Shown here piece after piece: positions 1 to 11,448 of a DNA stretch of 27,358 bases. The stretch spans positions 1-27,358 of the forward strand of contig NIVC01002195.1 of NCBI GenBank assembly GCA_002269645.1, given 5' to 3'. The position numbers were made by a program, and so were the translations under genes. Below the pieces are notes generated by a model, which was not told the DNA's origin, searched no databases, and saw nothing but the letters and a program-made list of their open reading frames with translations. Positions within the stretch are counted from its first letter, which is position 1, and every line of letters starts with the position of its first letter. The stretch comes from Macrostomum lignano (taxonomy: Eukaryota).

Positions 1-1
1 G

Positions 2-3000
2 AGTGCGTTCGATAGGCCTGGCGACTATGCGAAGCACTTGATGCAGTTTCACTGCCCGAGATTTCGTTGCGATCCTCGCTTTCGCTTTTCATTGAGAACA
101 TGGTGATGCGATGGAGAGCATTGGAAGTTGACGAGTATTTGTGCACGACAAGAATTTGGCTGGCTTAAGTGCGCCAGAGATGCTGGAGAAGCTGAAAGAT
201 CCAGCAGTGATGTCCAGCGTGTCAGCCAGAGCGTCAGAGTTGCGTGGAACAGCCAGCTATTGGCAAAGCAAGCGTAGACAGTTGGAAGCAATGATTAAAA
301 CAATTGGTTTGCCGCACTATTTTGTGACGTTATCCGCGGCGGATATTCAGTGGCCAGAGTTGTTGCAAGTTTGGCAAATCGAAGAAGACGTCGACAATGA
401 TAATTGGCAAGAAATCAAGCAAGAGTTGCTTTCCAGACTGCAAAAGATCCTGGCATGGCGGATACTGTGTTTTGGATTCGTTTTGAATTGTTTTTGCAGA
501 AATTTTTTGTTGAACACTGGAAAGTAAAGGACTTTTGGTTTCGTATCGAGTATCAGAGTCGAGGAAGCCCGCATGTTCATGGCTGCGTTTGGATGCCGGA
601 CGGAGTGGATGTGACTTCGGAATCCTTGCAAGCAGAAGATTTGGTTGCCTTTGTGGACAAGTACATTTGCAGTTGGAACACGTGCATGGACGAATCAGAT
701 AGCGGTCGCGAAATTTTGTCCGGCGGAGTAGGAGCGCAGCCGGCTCGATTGAAGCCGTCCGAAATTAAGGACGATAAAGCCGATTTGCAAGCACTTCTTC
801 ACAACAACATGAGGCACTCAAGGTGCAGTAATCGCTGCCTACGAAAGGAAAAGAACGGCTCTATGAAGTGTCGATACAAATATCCGCGAGATTTGCAGAC
901 AAAGACTGTCGCCAAAAAGCTGTCAAGTTTAAACTGGAAGGTTGAGACGCAGCGCAACGACCAATATATTGGCATGTACAATCCTCAAGTACTGTGCATG
1001 TGGAGAGCTAACCTAGACATTCAGATGATTTCTTCGGCCAAAGATTTGATTCGCTATTTGATCAAGTATGCAAGCAAAGGAGAGAAGGAATCGGAGCAGT
1101 TGCAAGAGTTGAATCGTCGCTATCTTTCTATGGAGCAGCAGCAGGAGTCAGTGACATTGATAATGCAGCAGAAAATGATAATAATCAGCAGCAGCATGAC
1201 GAGTATAGTCGAACAAATACTGCACGTCGCATTGTTCAGCAGCACTTGATGATGCAAGTTGGAGCGCGCGACTATTCAGCACAAGAGGCTATGCATCTGG
1301 TATTACAGACACCGATGTACAAGGCGTCGCGAGAGTTTGTCTACGTTCAAACTGGCGAGACTAGAGCGATTGAGAGTCGAGGCGTTTGCAAGAATAGTAT
1401 TGAAAAGTACGCAAATCGGCCGGCACAATTGGAGAATGAGACAATGTATCGATTCTTTTCGGACTATATTCCGCCGATGCGTCAACAAAGACGCGGTGGT
1501 GAACAAGTTGCCGTCTACAAGAAGCGACTAGCGGGCAAGGAAGCAGTTTTGATTGTGAGTCCGTTTTTGCGCTCAACAGAAAGCGACGATAAACGGCGCG
1601 AACAATACTATCGGCAGCAGGTACTACTGTGGAGCTGTTGGCGAACCGAAGAGCAAGCAAAGGGATCGCATGCAAGCTGGCGCGAGGCCTACGAGGCGAT
1701 GATGCAAACGGAAGCGTGTCAGCTGGTTGTGCGCGATTTGGACGACCTGCGCAACGATGAAGCCGACGAGGAGGAACGCGAAGCAGTCGCCGATTTGCCA
1801 GACATGACTGCCGCGAATGCCGAATCAGTTGCTGGTCCAGCTTATCCGGAGCGTCAGCAAGAGGATTGGATGGCAGCACTGGTGCAAAGCATGCGGACAT
1901 TCAGCTGAATGTCAACAAGAATCCGGAAGACACTCTGCCAGTTGCGCCAGAAGGTTTCGATTGGAGTGCTGCTTCAGATTGGCAATTTCCGAGTCTGGCA
2001 GAGGCAAAGCAGTTTTTAATGACCGAACTGACTAAGCCTGTTAGACGTGTAGCTGGAATTACCATCGAAGATGGTGCAGGCGCTAATCGTCAAACGATTG
2101 ACGTTTCACTGCTTAATGAGAGACAGCGGAAGCTCTACGACATGATTGACAATCAATTGAAGCTTGAACGGCTGGCCGAAAGTGACACGACTAACAATAG
2201 TACTGAGTCGGGAAAGATGCCTCCACCACTGCGAGTAATTTTGTATGGCAGCGCTGGAACAGGCAAGAGTTTTCTGATTGCTGCACTACGAAAATTGATT
2301 GGCGAGGACAAGTGCAAAGTAATGGCACCGACTGGTGTGGCTGCGTTCAACATTGCTGGCGAGACACTGCATTCAGCGTTGAAGTTGAACGTAAAGTTTT
2401 CGACTACGGCGTGTACTACTAATGCTGACGGTTCAACGACTTCGGGCAGCAGCAAGGCATTGTCAGACATGCAATCGGTATGGTCAAACGTGCGCTACAT
2501 AATCATTGACGAGTTTAGCATGGTTGGCCAAAGGACACTGGCAAAGGTGCACAACCGTCTGTGCGAACTGTTTCCTGAGGAGAAGCGAGACACGCTTGAA
2601 GAAGGATATTTCGGCGGACGGTCAATCATTTTGGTTGGCGATGTGTTTCAGCTGCCTCCCGTGCAAGACAAACAGCTGTACGTGTTTAACAAGAATGCCA
2701 AAGATAATTTGACACCGATTGGCTATCAAGTGTATCAGAGTTTCAAAACGGTTGTTTATCTAAACAAGCAGGTGCGTCAAGCAAATGACACAGAGTTTGC
2801 CAGCATTTTAGAGTCTCTTCGCGAAGGCAAAGTAACCGAAGCCATTTGGAAGACTGTAATGGACAAGTGTCAAGTAGCAGCTGCAGACATGCTACCGCTA
2901 GATGTTGATGGCAAATGCACGCTATTGTACCACACAAATGAAGATGTGTCTAATGCCAATTGTGAGGAGCTGCGAAAAATTGTCGATGATAACAATCCGG

Positions 3001-3673
3001 TGCGGATAATCAATGCAACTTGTACTGGAAGGCAACCGCTGATGGCAACAATGCTGCTGATAGTAGCAAGCAGAAATCGGAGACAGGCCTAGCCAGGCGA
3101 CTATTTCTGGCGATTGGAGCACGTGTGATGTTGACTCGGAACCTATCTGTGCAAAATGGCCTGGTGAATGGCTCGGTTGGTACGGTTCGTGGCATCTGCT
3201 ACGCGAATGGAAAGAAGCCGCCAAATGATTTGCCCGACTGCGTTTGGGTTGAATTCGAGCGCTACAATGGCCCGGCAATGCAAGCCATGCGGCTGCCCAG
3301 AGAAGATGGTAATAGTAGTAGCAGCGAGTGTGCACCGACAGTTTCTGTTGTGCCAATTCTACCAGTATCAAGCCAGTGGCTTCAGCGAGGCGCCAGCTTG
3401 TCGAGACATCAGTTTCCGCTGAGGCTAGCCTGGGCAATCACTATTCACAAGTCGCAAGGCCTAACGATTGACAAGGCGTTTGTACAGCTGGGCAAGGGCC
3501 GCAAGTCGCCGCCAGCAGGTCTGTACTACACTGCCGTGAGTAGAGTTCGTGCTTTGTCTGATCTGTTTGTTACCTGTTGCGATTTCGTTAGATTTCAGCG
3601 CCTATTTTCTACAGGCGGTATTGTAGCACAGGTAAATGAACAGAAGCGATTATTAGATTTGTGCGAGAAATGA
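2..3673 (+). CDS. Helitron-like RepHel transposase (HUH Y2 Rep + PIF1/SF1B helicase), HLE2 (Helentron/Helitron2) type; 5'-truncated by the window, interrupted by six -1 frameshifts
   Basis: Stitched frames give Rep motif 1 YFVTLSAADIQW (~318), HUH motif RIEYQSRGSPHVHG (~542-583), motif 3 YLIKYASKGE (~1055), the linker GARDYSAQEAMH..ASREFV, Walker A GSAGTGKS (2247-2270), MAPTGVAAFNIAGETLHS, IIIDEFSMVG, GDVFQLPPV, GARVMLTRNL, FPLRLAWAITIHKSQGLT and YTAVSRV; stop TGA at 3671-3673. Frame changes near 88, 130-140, 404, 1126, 1885 and 3030; no in-frame stops in the reconstructed ~1225 aa. Confidence 0.95.
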
Positions 3674-5164
3674 GCCAGCAGTATTTGGCAGTTTTTAACT
3701 GAAAATGTGCACGAATCTATATAATATAGAGCAAACAATGGCTCTGAGAAAAAACGGTGTTTGCGGTCTTAATGAAAGTCTTGCGCGTTGCTTTTGTGTG
3801 TGTTAAGTGTAGTACAGTGTTTTGTTCTTAAATAGCCGTTTCTCCTAGGCTTTGAATAGCTATATAGGACTGATTTAATTTCGTTAGATTGGGATTGGGA
3901 AGTATAAAGCAAAAGAAGCATTTCAAGTCGTCTTAAGTCGTTTTAAATCACTTTTTAATTAACCATACAGTGTTATCAGCCACCTTGCTCAGTTTATCAG
4001 TCAAAAAGTTGAATAGTTTATTTAATCAATTTAAATTCATTTTAATATTTGAAAAAGAGGTTTGATTTCGGGGTATTTCTTTTAAATTCGTTTTTAAATA
4101 TTGTATAAAATGGATAAGTAAAGCAACGCGCAAGGCTTTCACTCTGTGAAGCGTGGGGCTGACACGTGTGCCAGGGTAGACTATTGACGAGTTATGCCAA
4201 AGTGCTGTCAATAGTTTGCTGTTGGGTCACAAGGATAATATATGAATTGTGATTGAGTGTCAGTCTAATAAATTTTCGGCCTGAGTTACGCAGATAATTC
4301 TGGCGGGTACTTATGCCTGTTGGTTAGATAAGTCTCGTGCTGTTGCGTGACTATTCGGTGTCTGTTGAATAAGCTTCTTAAATATGTATGCATAGGTGTT
4401 ATCTTGGTAGCTAAGCCAGTTAAAATGTATCATATAAAGAATTATTGAGCAAGAAAATATACAAACACAAAGGAGATCTTTTATTTTGTAGGATTGTAGT
4501 TAGTAAGACATTAATTACGAAAAGTATAAAAATATTCACAGTTCTAGTAGTTGCTCAATAATCTCTCAATAATTGCAATTATTCCAAGACTATAACGTCT
4601 TTAACAACAGTTTATAAGTATGTAAGTAGTTTCCTTTTCTGTTGTGAGAGTATAGTCTAAAATGTTTATACCAAAGTGCCCGATAAATTAAAAAAGAAGC
4701 TTGTTGAAACGACAAAACCAGTCAGAGGAGTACCAGAACTCAGAGCTGTGAGTGCCATGCAGTTTTAAAGGTTGTTCTAATTGTTTATGTGAGTGTCATT
4801 TAGCAGTATTTTTAGGAAGAAATTTTGGTGGGAAAAACTGAATAATAACTCAATACACGATTTGAGTAAGATTCATAGCGCCCTTAAGTGCCTGACAGCC
4901 CCCCACCAAATATTCCTTGATTTGGAAGCACTTTAGCACGTGTTCGGCACCAAATTGTACTTTATAGGTAGGCGCCCTGTTCATCCCTATCGAATAAAAA
5001 TCCTACATCCGCTACTAAGCCATGTGTAAACTAAATTGGTTCAATCGACATATTTAATGGTCGGAGTTACATTCATAAATATTTATTAAGAATCTACTGA
5101 TAATTATTTCCCAGTAGAGTAACAAATTAAAGTCATATGAATAGGACCTTTATAGTTAACGGTA

Positions 5165-5346
5165 TATCCGGTTTCGCCTTAAAAGTGCATTTTAAGTGTA
5201 GGAACATTCAAATTAAATAAACACCTTAAACTGCAAAGGGCACGGGTTTACAACAGCAAACCTTGAATGATACGCTGCAGGGCTGACACGCAAACACGTC
5301 TGACAAGGTGAAACGAGAAGGTGCATTTTAAAGGTGCAACCTGATA
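5165..5346. mobile_element. Putative old MITE (~180 bp) with imperfect 25-bp TIRs
   Basis: 5165-5189 TATCCGGTTTCGCCTTAAAAGTGCA matches the reverse complement of 5322-5346 (TATCAGGTTGCACCTTTAAAATGCA) at 20/25 positions. The TA at the outer edges is Tc1/mariner-like. Confidence 0.45.
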
Positions 5347-5489
5347 AATTATAGCACAAAGTGTGCGAATGACCTGTCAGAATCGTATTAGTGCTAAAAA
5401 AGCAAGTGTTTTGTTACTTTGTATTTTGGTTTTTTGTCTTAGATTGATTTTAAATTTCGTCTACTATATTGGCTTCTTACGTAATTTCG

Positions 5490-5770
5490 GGACTAGAGGA
5501 GATAGTTTCTCAAATACTTTGGTGTTTAGACGGGATCTTGGGCTCTCAAATACTTTGGGTGATTAGAGGGGATCTTGGGCTCTCAAATACTTTGGGTGAT
5601 TAAAAAAGATTATGGGCTCTCAAATACTGTGATGATTAGATGGGAATGTACGTGGCTTCTCAATTACTGTGATGATTAGAAGGGATTTTGGCTTTTCAAA
5701 TACTCTGCTGATCAGAGGAGATCCTGGCTTCGTGAATACGTTTGGTGATTAGAGGGGATCTTGGGTTCTT
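5490..5770. repeat. Degenerate ~37-bp minisatellite, ~7 copies
   Basis: Unit ~CTCTCAAATACTTTGGGTGATTAGAGGGGATCTTGGG; anchors at 5507, 5543, 5580, 5617, 5657, 5693 and ~5729. Confidence 0.9.
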
Positions 5771-6149
5771 GGCCAAATAATTATTTGGGAATTGCGGATT
5801 CTGGCTGCTTCTAAAGCAACTGTGGGTTTATTGGGAAAAGACGGGGCAATACGAGCTATCTAGAATGAAATATGGTCCGGTTGAAATTGGGTGAAGGGAT
5901 GATTAGGTTCACTGACATACTGTATATGAATATAATTCCATAATTTTTATTGTATGCGTTATTTCATTCATTAAAATGTGTTTTTATGCATTCGGTATTC
6001 TTGTTGTTCCGTATATGGATTTTTTCCTCAGCTCAAAATTGTTACATTTCAAGCATTTTTGACAATTTATTTTTCCACTTCTTTCTACTGTTTGTACATG
6101 AAATGCTTCTTTCGCATCCATATCATCAGTACTCCATTCGTGTAGTTGC

Positions 6150-7490
6150 GAAACATTTAGAAAGACCAGAAGCACTGCAAATCAGGTAAGCTTTCATTTG
6201 TATTATTCACCATTGTCATGACTATATGACACCCTCTATTTGTTTTTTTTATTTAAATGACAAAAAGTTGTAAACCAATTTGACATTTACATGTAACACG
6301 AGCCAGGGCGTTGCGACTAAGTCATTTACAACTGCAGCGTACCTGACGTGCAAGATGTTCACCGACAGCAACCAAGGTGGTACGCAGTGCCAGTTGTTCA
6401 TTCACCTGCTGGGCGGTCTGGTGTCAAACTTTCAATGACTGGCATGCATGCGATCGCTACAGCGAGACATACAGTTGAAAAACTGTTTCTGAAATTTAGA
6501 AAAACGAAAAGCACTGCAATTCAGGTAAGCTTTCATTTGTATTATTCACCATTGTCATGACTATATGACTCACTATTTGTTTTTTGATAAAAGTTGTAAT
6601 CCAATTTGACATTTACATGTAACACGAGCCAGGGCGTTGCGACTAAGTCATTTACAACTGCAGCGTACCTGACATGCAAGATGTTCACCGACAGCAACCA
6701 AGGTGGTACGCAGTGCCAGTTGTTCATTCACCTGCTGGGCGGTCTGGTGTCAAACTTTCAACGACGGGTACTCAACGACTGGCATGCATGCGATCGCTAC
6801 AGCGAGACATACAGTTGAAAAACTGTTTCTGAAATTGAGAAAAACGAAAAGCACTGCAATTAAGGTAAGCTTTCATTTGTATTATTCACCATTGTCATGA
6901 CTATATGACACACTATTTGTTTTTTGATAAAAGTTGTAATCCAATTTGACATTTACATGTAACACGAGCCAGGGCGTTGCGACTAAGTCATTTACAACTG
7001 CAGCGTACCTGACATGCAAGATGTTCACCGACAGCAACCAAGGTGGTACGCAGTGCCAGTTGTTCATTCACCTGCTGGGCGGTCTGGTGTCAAACTTTCA
7101 ATGACTGGCATGCATGCGATCGCTACAGCGAGACATACAGTTGAAAAACTGTTTCTGAAATTGAGAAAAACGAAAAGCACTGCAATTAAGGTAAGCTTTC
7201 ATTTGTATTATTCACCATTGTCATGACTATATGACACACTATTTGTTTTTTGATAAAAGTTGTAATCCAATTTGACATTTACATGTAACACGAGCCAGGG
7301 CGTTGCGACTAAGTCATTTACAACTGCAGCGTACCTGACATGCAAGATGTTCACCGACAGCAACCAAGGTGGTACGCAGTGCCAGTTGTTCATTCACCTG
7401 CTGGGCGGTCTGGTGTCAAACTTTCAACGACGGGTACTCAACGACTGGCATGCATGCGATCGCTACAGCGAGACTTAAAGTTGAAAAACT
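6150..7490. repeat. Tandem repeat, 4 units of ~326-340 bp, organised as a 666-bp dimer
   Basis: Anchor GCACTGCAA at 6172, 6511, 6851 and 7177. Units 2 and 4 carry a 14-bp insert (ACGACGGGTACTCA) that is absent from units 1 and 3. Duplicated ORFs in the track are offset by 666 bp (6348/7014, 6606/7272). Confidence 0.95.
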
Positions 7491-7510
7491 TTTTCTAACA
7501 ACGATGCTTA

Positions 7511-8230
7511 TCTGATGATTGTAGTAAAAGTTCTCGGAATATTTACTACAATATTCACTTCATTCAAACTTATTATTATTTTTATTAATTTATTAGTATT
7601 CAATGTAATTTGCATCAGAGGCAATAACCTCCTGCCAACGTCCATACAGAGAATGGATGCTTTTGCGGTACCACTCGGAGTTGTGAGAGTCGAATAAGTC
7701 ACGCAGATGCTTCTCCAAGTCCTCCTCATCTTTGAAGCTGTGAGCAGCCATGGACTGGCTGAGCGCGGCAAAAGGTGGTAGTCGGTAGGCACAAGATCTG
7801 GGCTGTAATATGGGTGGAGAAGAACTTCCCAACCCAGCGTCAGCAGCATTGAGAATGGCCAGATATCTAGGTCACGAGTTGCCAGTTTATGCGACACCCA
7901 GCACTTGAGTTTAGCTTTTAGATTTCAAAACATAACGCCTGTTGTCTGCTGATTGTTCTACGCGATGAGCACTTCCAGGGCATCGTCATCATTGAGTTCA
8001 GGTGAACGCTCACTTCAAGACGTGTCCTCAAGGCCCAGTTGTCCATTCTTGTAGCGCTTGTACGAGCTACCAATCCTACACCCTGGAGGTCTTGATGGTG
8101 GACTGGGAATGGGACTCGGACTGGGAATAAGTAATACCGTATTTATACTCATGAAAAAGTTCTAGAAAATTCAAGAAAAAAGTTGTATTGAAATGTTTTA
8201 AAAATTCCGAAAACTTTCCCTACAATCAGA
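7511..8230 (-). mobile_element. Internally deleted mariner (DD34D) element, 720 bp, both TIRs present, flanked by TA
   Basis: Left end TCTGATGATTGTAGTAAAAGTTCTCGGAAT (7511-7540) matches the reverse complement of 8204-8230 (TCTGATTGTAGGGAAAGTTTTCGGAAT). TA is present at 7509-7510 and 8231-8232. Transposase remnants lie inside. Confidence 0.88.
7593..8065 (-). pseudogene. Mariner transposase remnants (HTH fragment + WVPHEL-like linker fused to the C-terminus; most of the catalytic domain deleted)
   Basis: Minus strand reads YKRYKNGQLGLEDTS*SERSPELNDDDALEVLIA*NNQQTT, then LKCWVSHKL (WVPHEL-like), then directly LGWEVLLHPYYSPDLVPTDYHL and, after a frameshift, FKDEEDLEKHLRDLFDSHNSEWYRKSIHSLYGRWQEVIASDANYIEY. 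Confidence 0.92.
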
Positions 8231-8475
8231 TACTTGAATACTGTTCAAATTCCATTGATACGTCCAAACTGCAAATGAAATTGTGCATTTATTAAGTGTT
8301 ATGCTTAGCATTTTTTCTGTAAAAGTCTCTCACTCTCTGTTTAATAATACCCTATTTTCTTAACCAGTTAGCATCTTGTTATATTAGACAACTTTTCACA
8401 TTTAGTGTACACACTTGTATGTTTTTCCAGAGTGTTTGTCTAAGTCTGTCTGATCGTATGTTCATCTCTTCAACA

Positions 8476-8496
8476 GTCTGTCTGTCTCTCTGTCTC

Positions 8497-8534
<38 letters not shown>

Positions 8535-8670
8535 GGTTTGTCTGTTTGTCTGTTTGTCTGTCTTTCTGTCTGTTCAGCCGTTTAACTATCTTTCTGTTCA
8601 TCTGTTTATCTGTCTGTCAGATTGTATGTTTGTCTCTTTTTCTGTCCATCTATCCATTTATGTATCTATC
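8476..8670. repeat. (TCTG)n degenerate microsatellite
   Basis: Runs of GTCT/TCTG decaying into TCTA/TTTG variants. Confidence 0.9.
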
Positions 8671-9035
8671 TATGAACCATATGTACGTCTATTTAATCTA
8701 TAATATCTATAGAAGCAGTAAGAGTTAATTAAAGCTCCATTCGACAACAACTTTATGCAGTGACCCCTACTCTCTACTTCTTTCCTTTCTCCCTCAGTCT
8801 TCTCTCTCTTATATCTACTGCCTGTATCTGTTTTGTTCAGGGTTCAGTACCAATCGGAAAATAAATGTCACCTCCCTGATCTGGATATGATTTTGGCCAA
8901 ATGCGTATTAGCCCTATGCCAAAGGTTAAAGTCTACGCTTAACTGATGGCTGACATGGCAGGCTCCTTGTCCTTTAAATCCAAGAAAGCAAAGCAAATTT
9001 AAATTCCATTCGCCACTAAAACTCTTTGGCTCCTT

Positions 9036-9171
<136 letters not shown>

Positions 9172-9805
9172 AGTCTTCACTAGGCCCAGTCATGAGGTCT
9201 TTTGGCCTTAGTTCTTTGTCCATATGACAAAGTTCATATGTCTGTTTTCTGTCTAACTATCTATGTACTGTTTACTGTCAGTTTGTTAGTTGGCCTGTCT
9301 ATGGATTACACTATCTTCGTAAGACAGCACAAGTTCGTTGTAAAACGTTTTTAGTTGAGTAGCGTTAAAACATTAATATTTTCCAGTAGCGCAATAGCGT
9401 TAGCGCAAACGGAGTATAATTAGGATTTTTTACAAATATTAACAAAGGTTAACAAATTAGCCTAAACAGTTTTATAAATTAACGTAATTAAATTGCCATA
9501 TTGTCACTCCTGTCAAAGTGTATTCTACTTATATTAGCAGCTAAGCTTTGCTACTCTCCCTTTTGAGTACTTTTTTATTCCGTTTCTTAAAAAATACAAT
9601 TTTCATTTTAATAGAATTTTATAAAATTTTGAATTCGTTCCATTTAATTTATAAAAGTTGATAAGGTAGTCAAATACCAACTCAAAGTAATGTTCGTGAT
9701 TAGCCTATTGAGAATTTATACGAGCAGTGCAGTCTATGTACAGACGACACATTACAGACAGACAGTCACACAGCTAATATTAGTTGCACAACTTTCTTCT
9801 TTCAG

Positions 9806-10055
9806 ATGATCGTAAAACTATATTTCAATGAACAGGGAGGCGGGCGAGGCGAAGGCGGGCGAGGCGGTGGCGGGCGAGGCGGAGGCGGGCGAGGCAGAGG
9901 CGGAGGCGGGCGAGGCGGAGGCGGAGGCGGACGAGGCGGAGGCGGAGGCGGAAGCGGAGGCGGAAGCGGAGGCGGAGGCGGGCAAGGCGGAGGAGGAGAT
10001 GGCGGAGGAGGAGGAGATGGTGGAGGAAGAGGAGGCGGGAAGGGTTCAGTGCAAA
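9806..10055 (+). CDS. Exon A of a small RGG/Gly-rich + CCHC zinc-knuckle protein
   Basis: Preceded by pyrimidine tract + AG (ACTTTCTTCTTTCAG, 9805). Encodes MIVKLYFNEQGGGRGEGGRGGGGRGG...GGKGSVQ and ends at a strong donor A|GTAAGT (GT at 10056), phase 1. Confidence 0.7.
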
Positions 10056-10141
10056 GTAAGTCTGAATTAGTATAAATGTGTATATACATACACGTATGTA
10101 TATAAATAGCAAAAACGCTTACAATCATTTCTATATTGTAG

Positions 10142-10275
10142 AGAGATGCTTCGTCTGTAAGAAAATAGGGCACATTGCCCGTAACTGCTGGAAAAAAAAA
10201 AAACAGCAGACAAAGCAACAAGAGCAGCCGCAACAGCAGACAACGCAACAAGAGCAGCAGGAGAAGCAGGGATGA
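10142..10275 (+). CDS. Exon B of the RGG + CCHC zinc-knuckle protein (knuckle + Q/K-rich tail)
   Basis: Acceptor TTTCTATATTGTAG (AG ends at 10141). The phase-1 join is in frame: ..GSVQ-K-RCFVCKKIGHIARNCWKKKKQQTKQQEQPQQQ..QG*. This is a perfect CX2CX4HX4C. Confidence 0.75.
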
Positions 10276-10319
10276 CAGTGCATTTGGACTGAGGGTAGTT
10301 TTGTGTACTAATGGCTAAA

Positions 10320-10685
10320 TGAAAGGGAATAGAGAAAAGAGAAAAGGAAAGAGTAGATAAAATATTAGATGAAAGAGAACATGAAAAGAGAGAATTAAAA
10401 GGGATAGATTAGAGAAAAGAAAAAAGAGAATAAAGGCGAGAGAAGAGATGAGGGAATTGAGAGGAGAGAGGAGAGGGGGTAAGAGAGGTGAAAGAGGAGA
10501 CAGGAGGGAGTAGAGCCGAAAAGACGAGAGAGAATAGATAAATGAGTAGAGATGAGAAGAGGGAGAGGAGAGAGAAGCGAGAGGATAAGGGAGAGAGGAG
10601 AGGGTAGAAAGTAGAGAGATGACAGAGCAGAGAGGAGATAAAGGAGAGGAGAGAGAAGATGAGAGAGGGGAGAGAGAGGAGGGGA
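10320..10685. repeat. Purine-rich (GA/AG) low-complexity tract
   Basis: Almost exclusively A/G on the + strand (GAGAGGAGAGAG...). Confidence 0.9.
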
Positions 10686-11169
10686 AAACCCGTGTTTGAA
10701 TCGCGTAAATTTTTAGTTTGTTTTTGTTAAGCATTTTTAAAATTGTTCAAACAGTTACTGTATTTTAACTTTGTGTTTATAAATGTAAATGTATGAAAAT
10801 AAAATCTTACTGATCGAATGTGTTGTTAGCGTTAAATATATAATTACAAAGGTTTAATTGTCTTCCATGCAGCAAAGTATCTTGCGCTTATTTGGCAACT
10901 CTGATTGTAGCGGTGAACATTAACGCTTCGCATTTTGATGCACAGCACGGACGGAGTCCAGACAGAATGACAAATGTGTTAACTGTTGGTTGGTGTCTGC
11001 CCAAACTGAGCTTAGCTGCGCAAATATCATTAGCCAAATATGCTGTGCTCTTTCTAACTGCTAGGGTGGCCCTGCGCCTGAGTGGCACACTCAATTATTG
11101 CTTCTTAATTAAGTTCTTAATTTGGTTTAATAAACAGGTCAAAGCCGTAAAAGTTACAAACATTAAAAC

Positions 11170-11212
11170 CATCGTCCCACCTTTGAAGACGACAGCGTCT
11201 TCATTCACTAGT
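11170..11212 (+). mobile_element. Helitron-like 3' terminal module, copy 1 (subTIR + hairpin + CTAGT)
   Basis: CATCGTCCCAC (11170-11180), hairpin TGAAGACG-ACAG-CGTCTTCA (11184-11203), CTAG at 11208-11211, then T. Identical to 17440-17482. Confidence 0.75.
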
Positions 11213-11448
11213 TGTGGGACGATGAGCCAGTAAGTAGTATAGAAAAAAAGGCGAGCGAAGCGAGAATTTTTTTCTATGGTGCTTACTTTTGCGAAATCGT
11301 CCCTGATAAGATGTAACGTGGTTGCACACACTAAAAATGACGTTTTTCAACTTTTAAACGCTGCCAATAAAAAACGGTACGACCAATTTACAAACGGTTT
11401 TTGCCAAAATGTGTCAAAGACCTAGCGCTATCGGATGCACAATAGTTG

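Noticed and set aside
2-3673. Programmed -1 ribosomal frameshifting or introns as the explanation for the split RepHel
   Set aside because: No X XXY YYZ slippery heptamers at the shift sites, six successive recoding events are implausible, and the protein is collinear across each site with no room for introns.
5950-6189. Minus-strand CQKCLKC..LRKKSIYGTTRIP, faintly like a Merlin/IS1595 transposase zinc ribbon
   Set aside because: Too short, no DDE region or TIRs found; resemblance is subjective.
9802-10251. Poly-Pro (-), EA-repeat (+) and RL-repeat (-) ORFs over the GGCGGA tract
   Set aside because: Alternative frames of the same low-complexity tract. Only the Gly/RGG frame splices in phase to the zinc knuckle.
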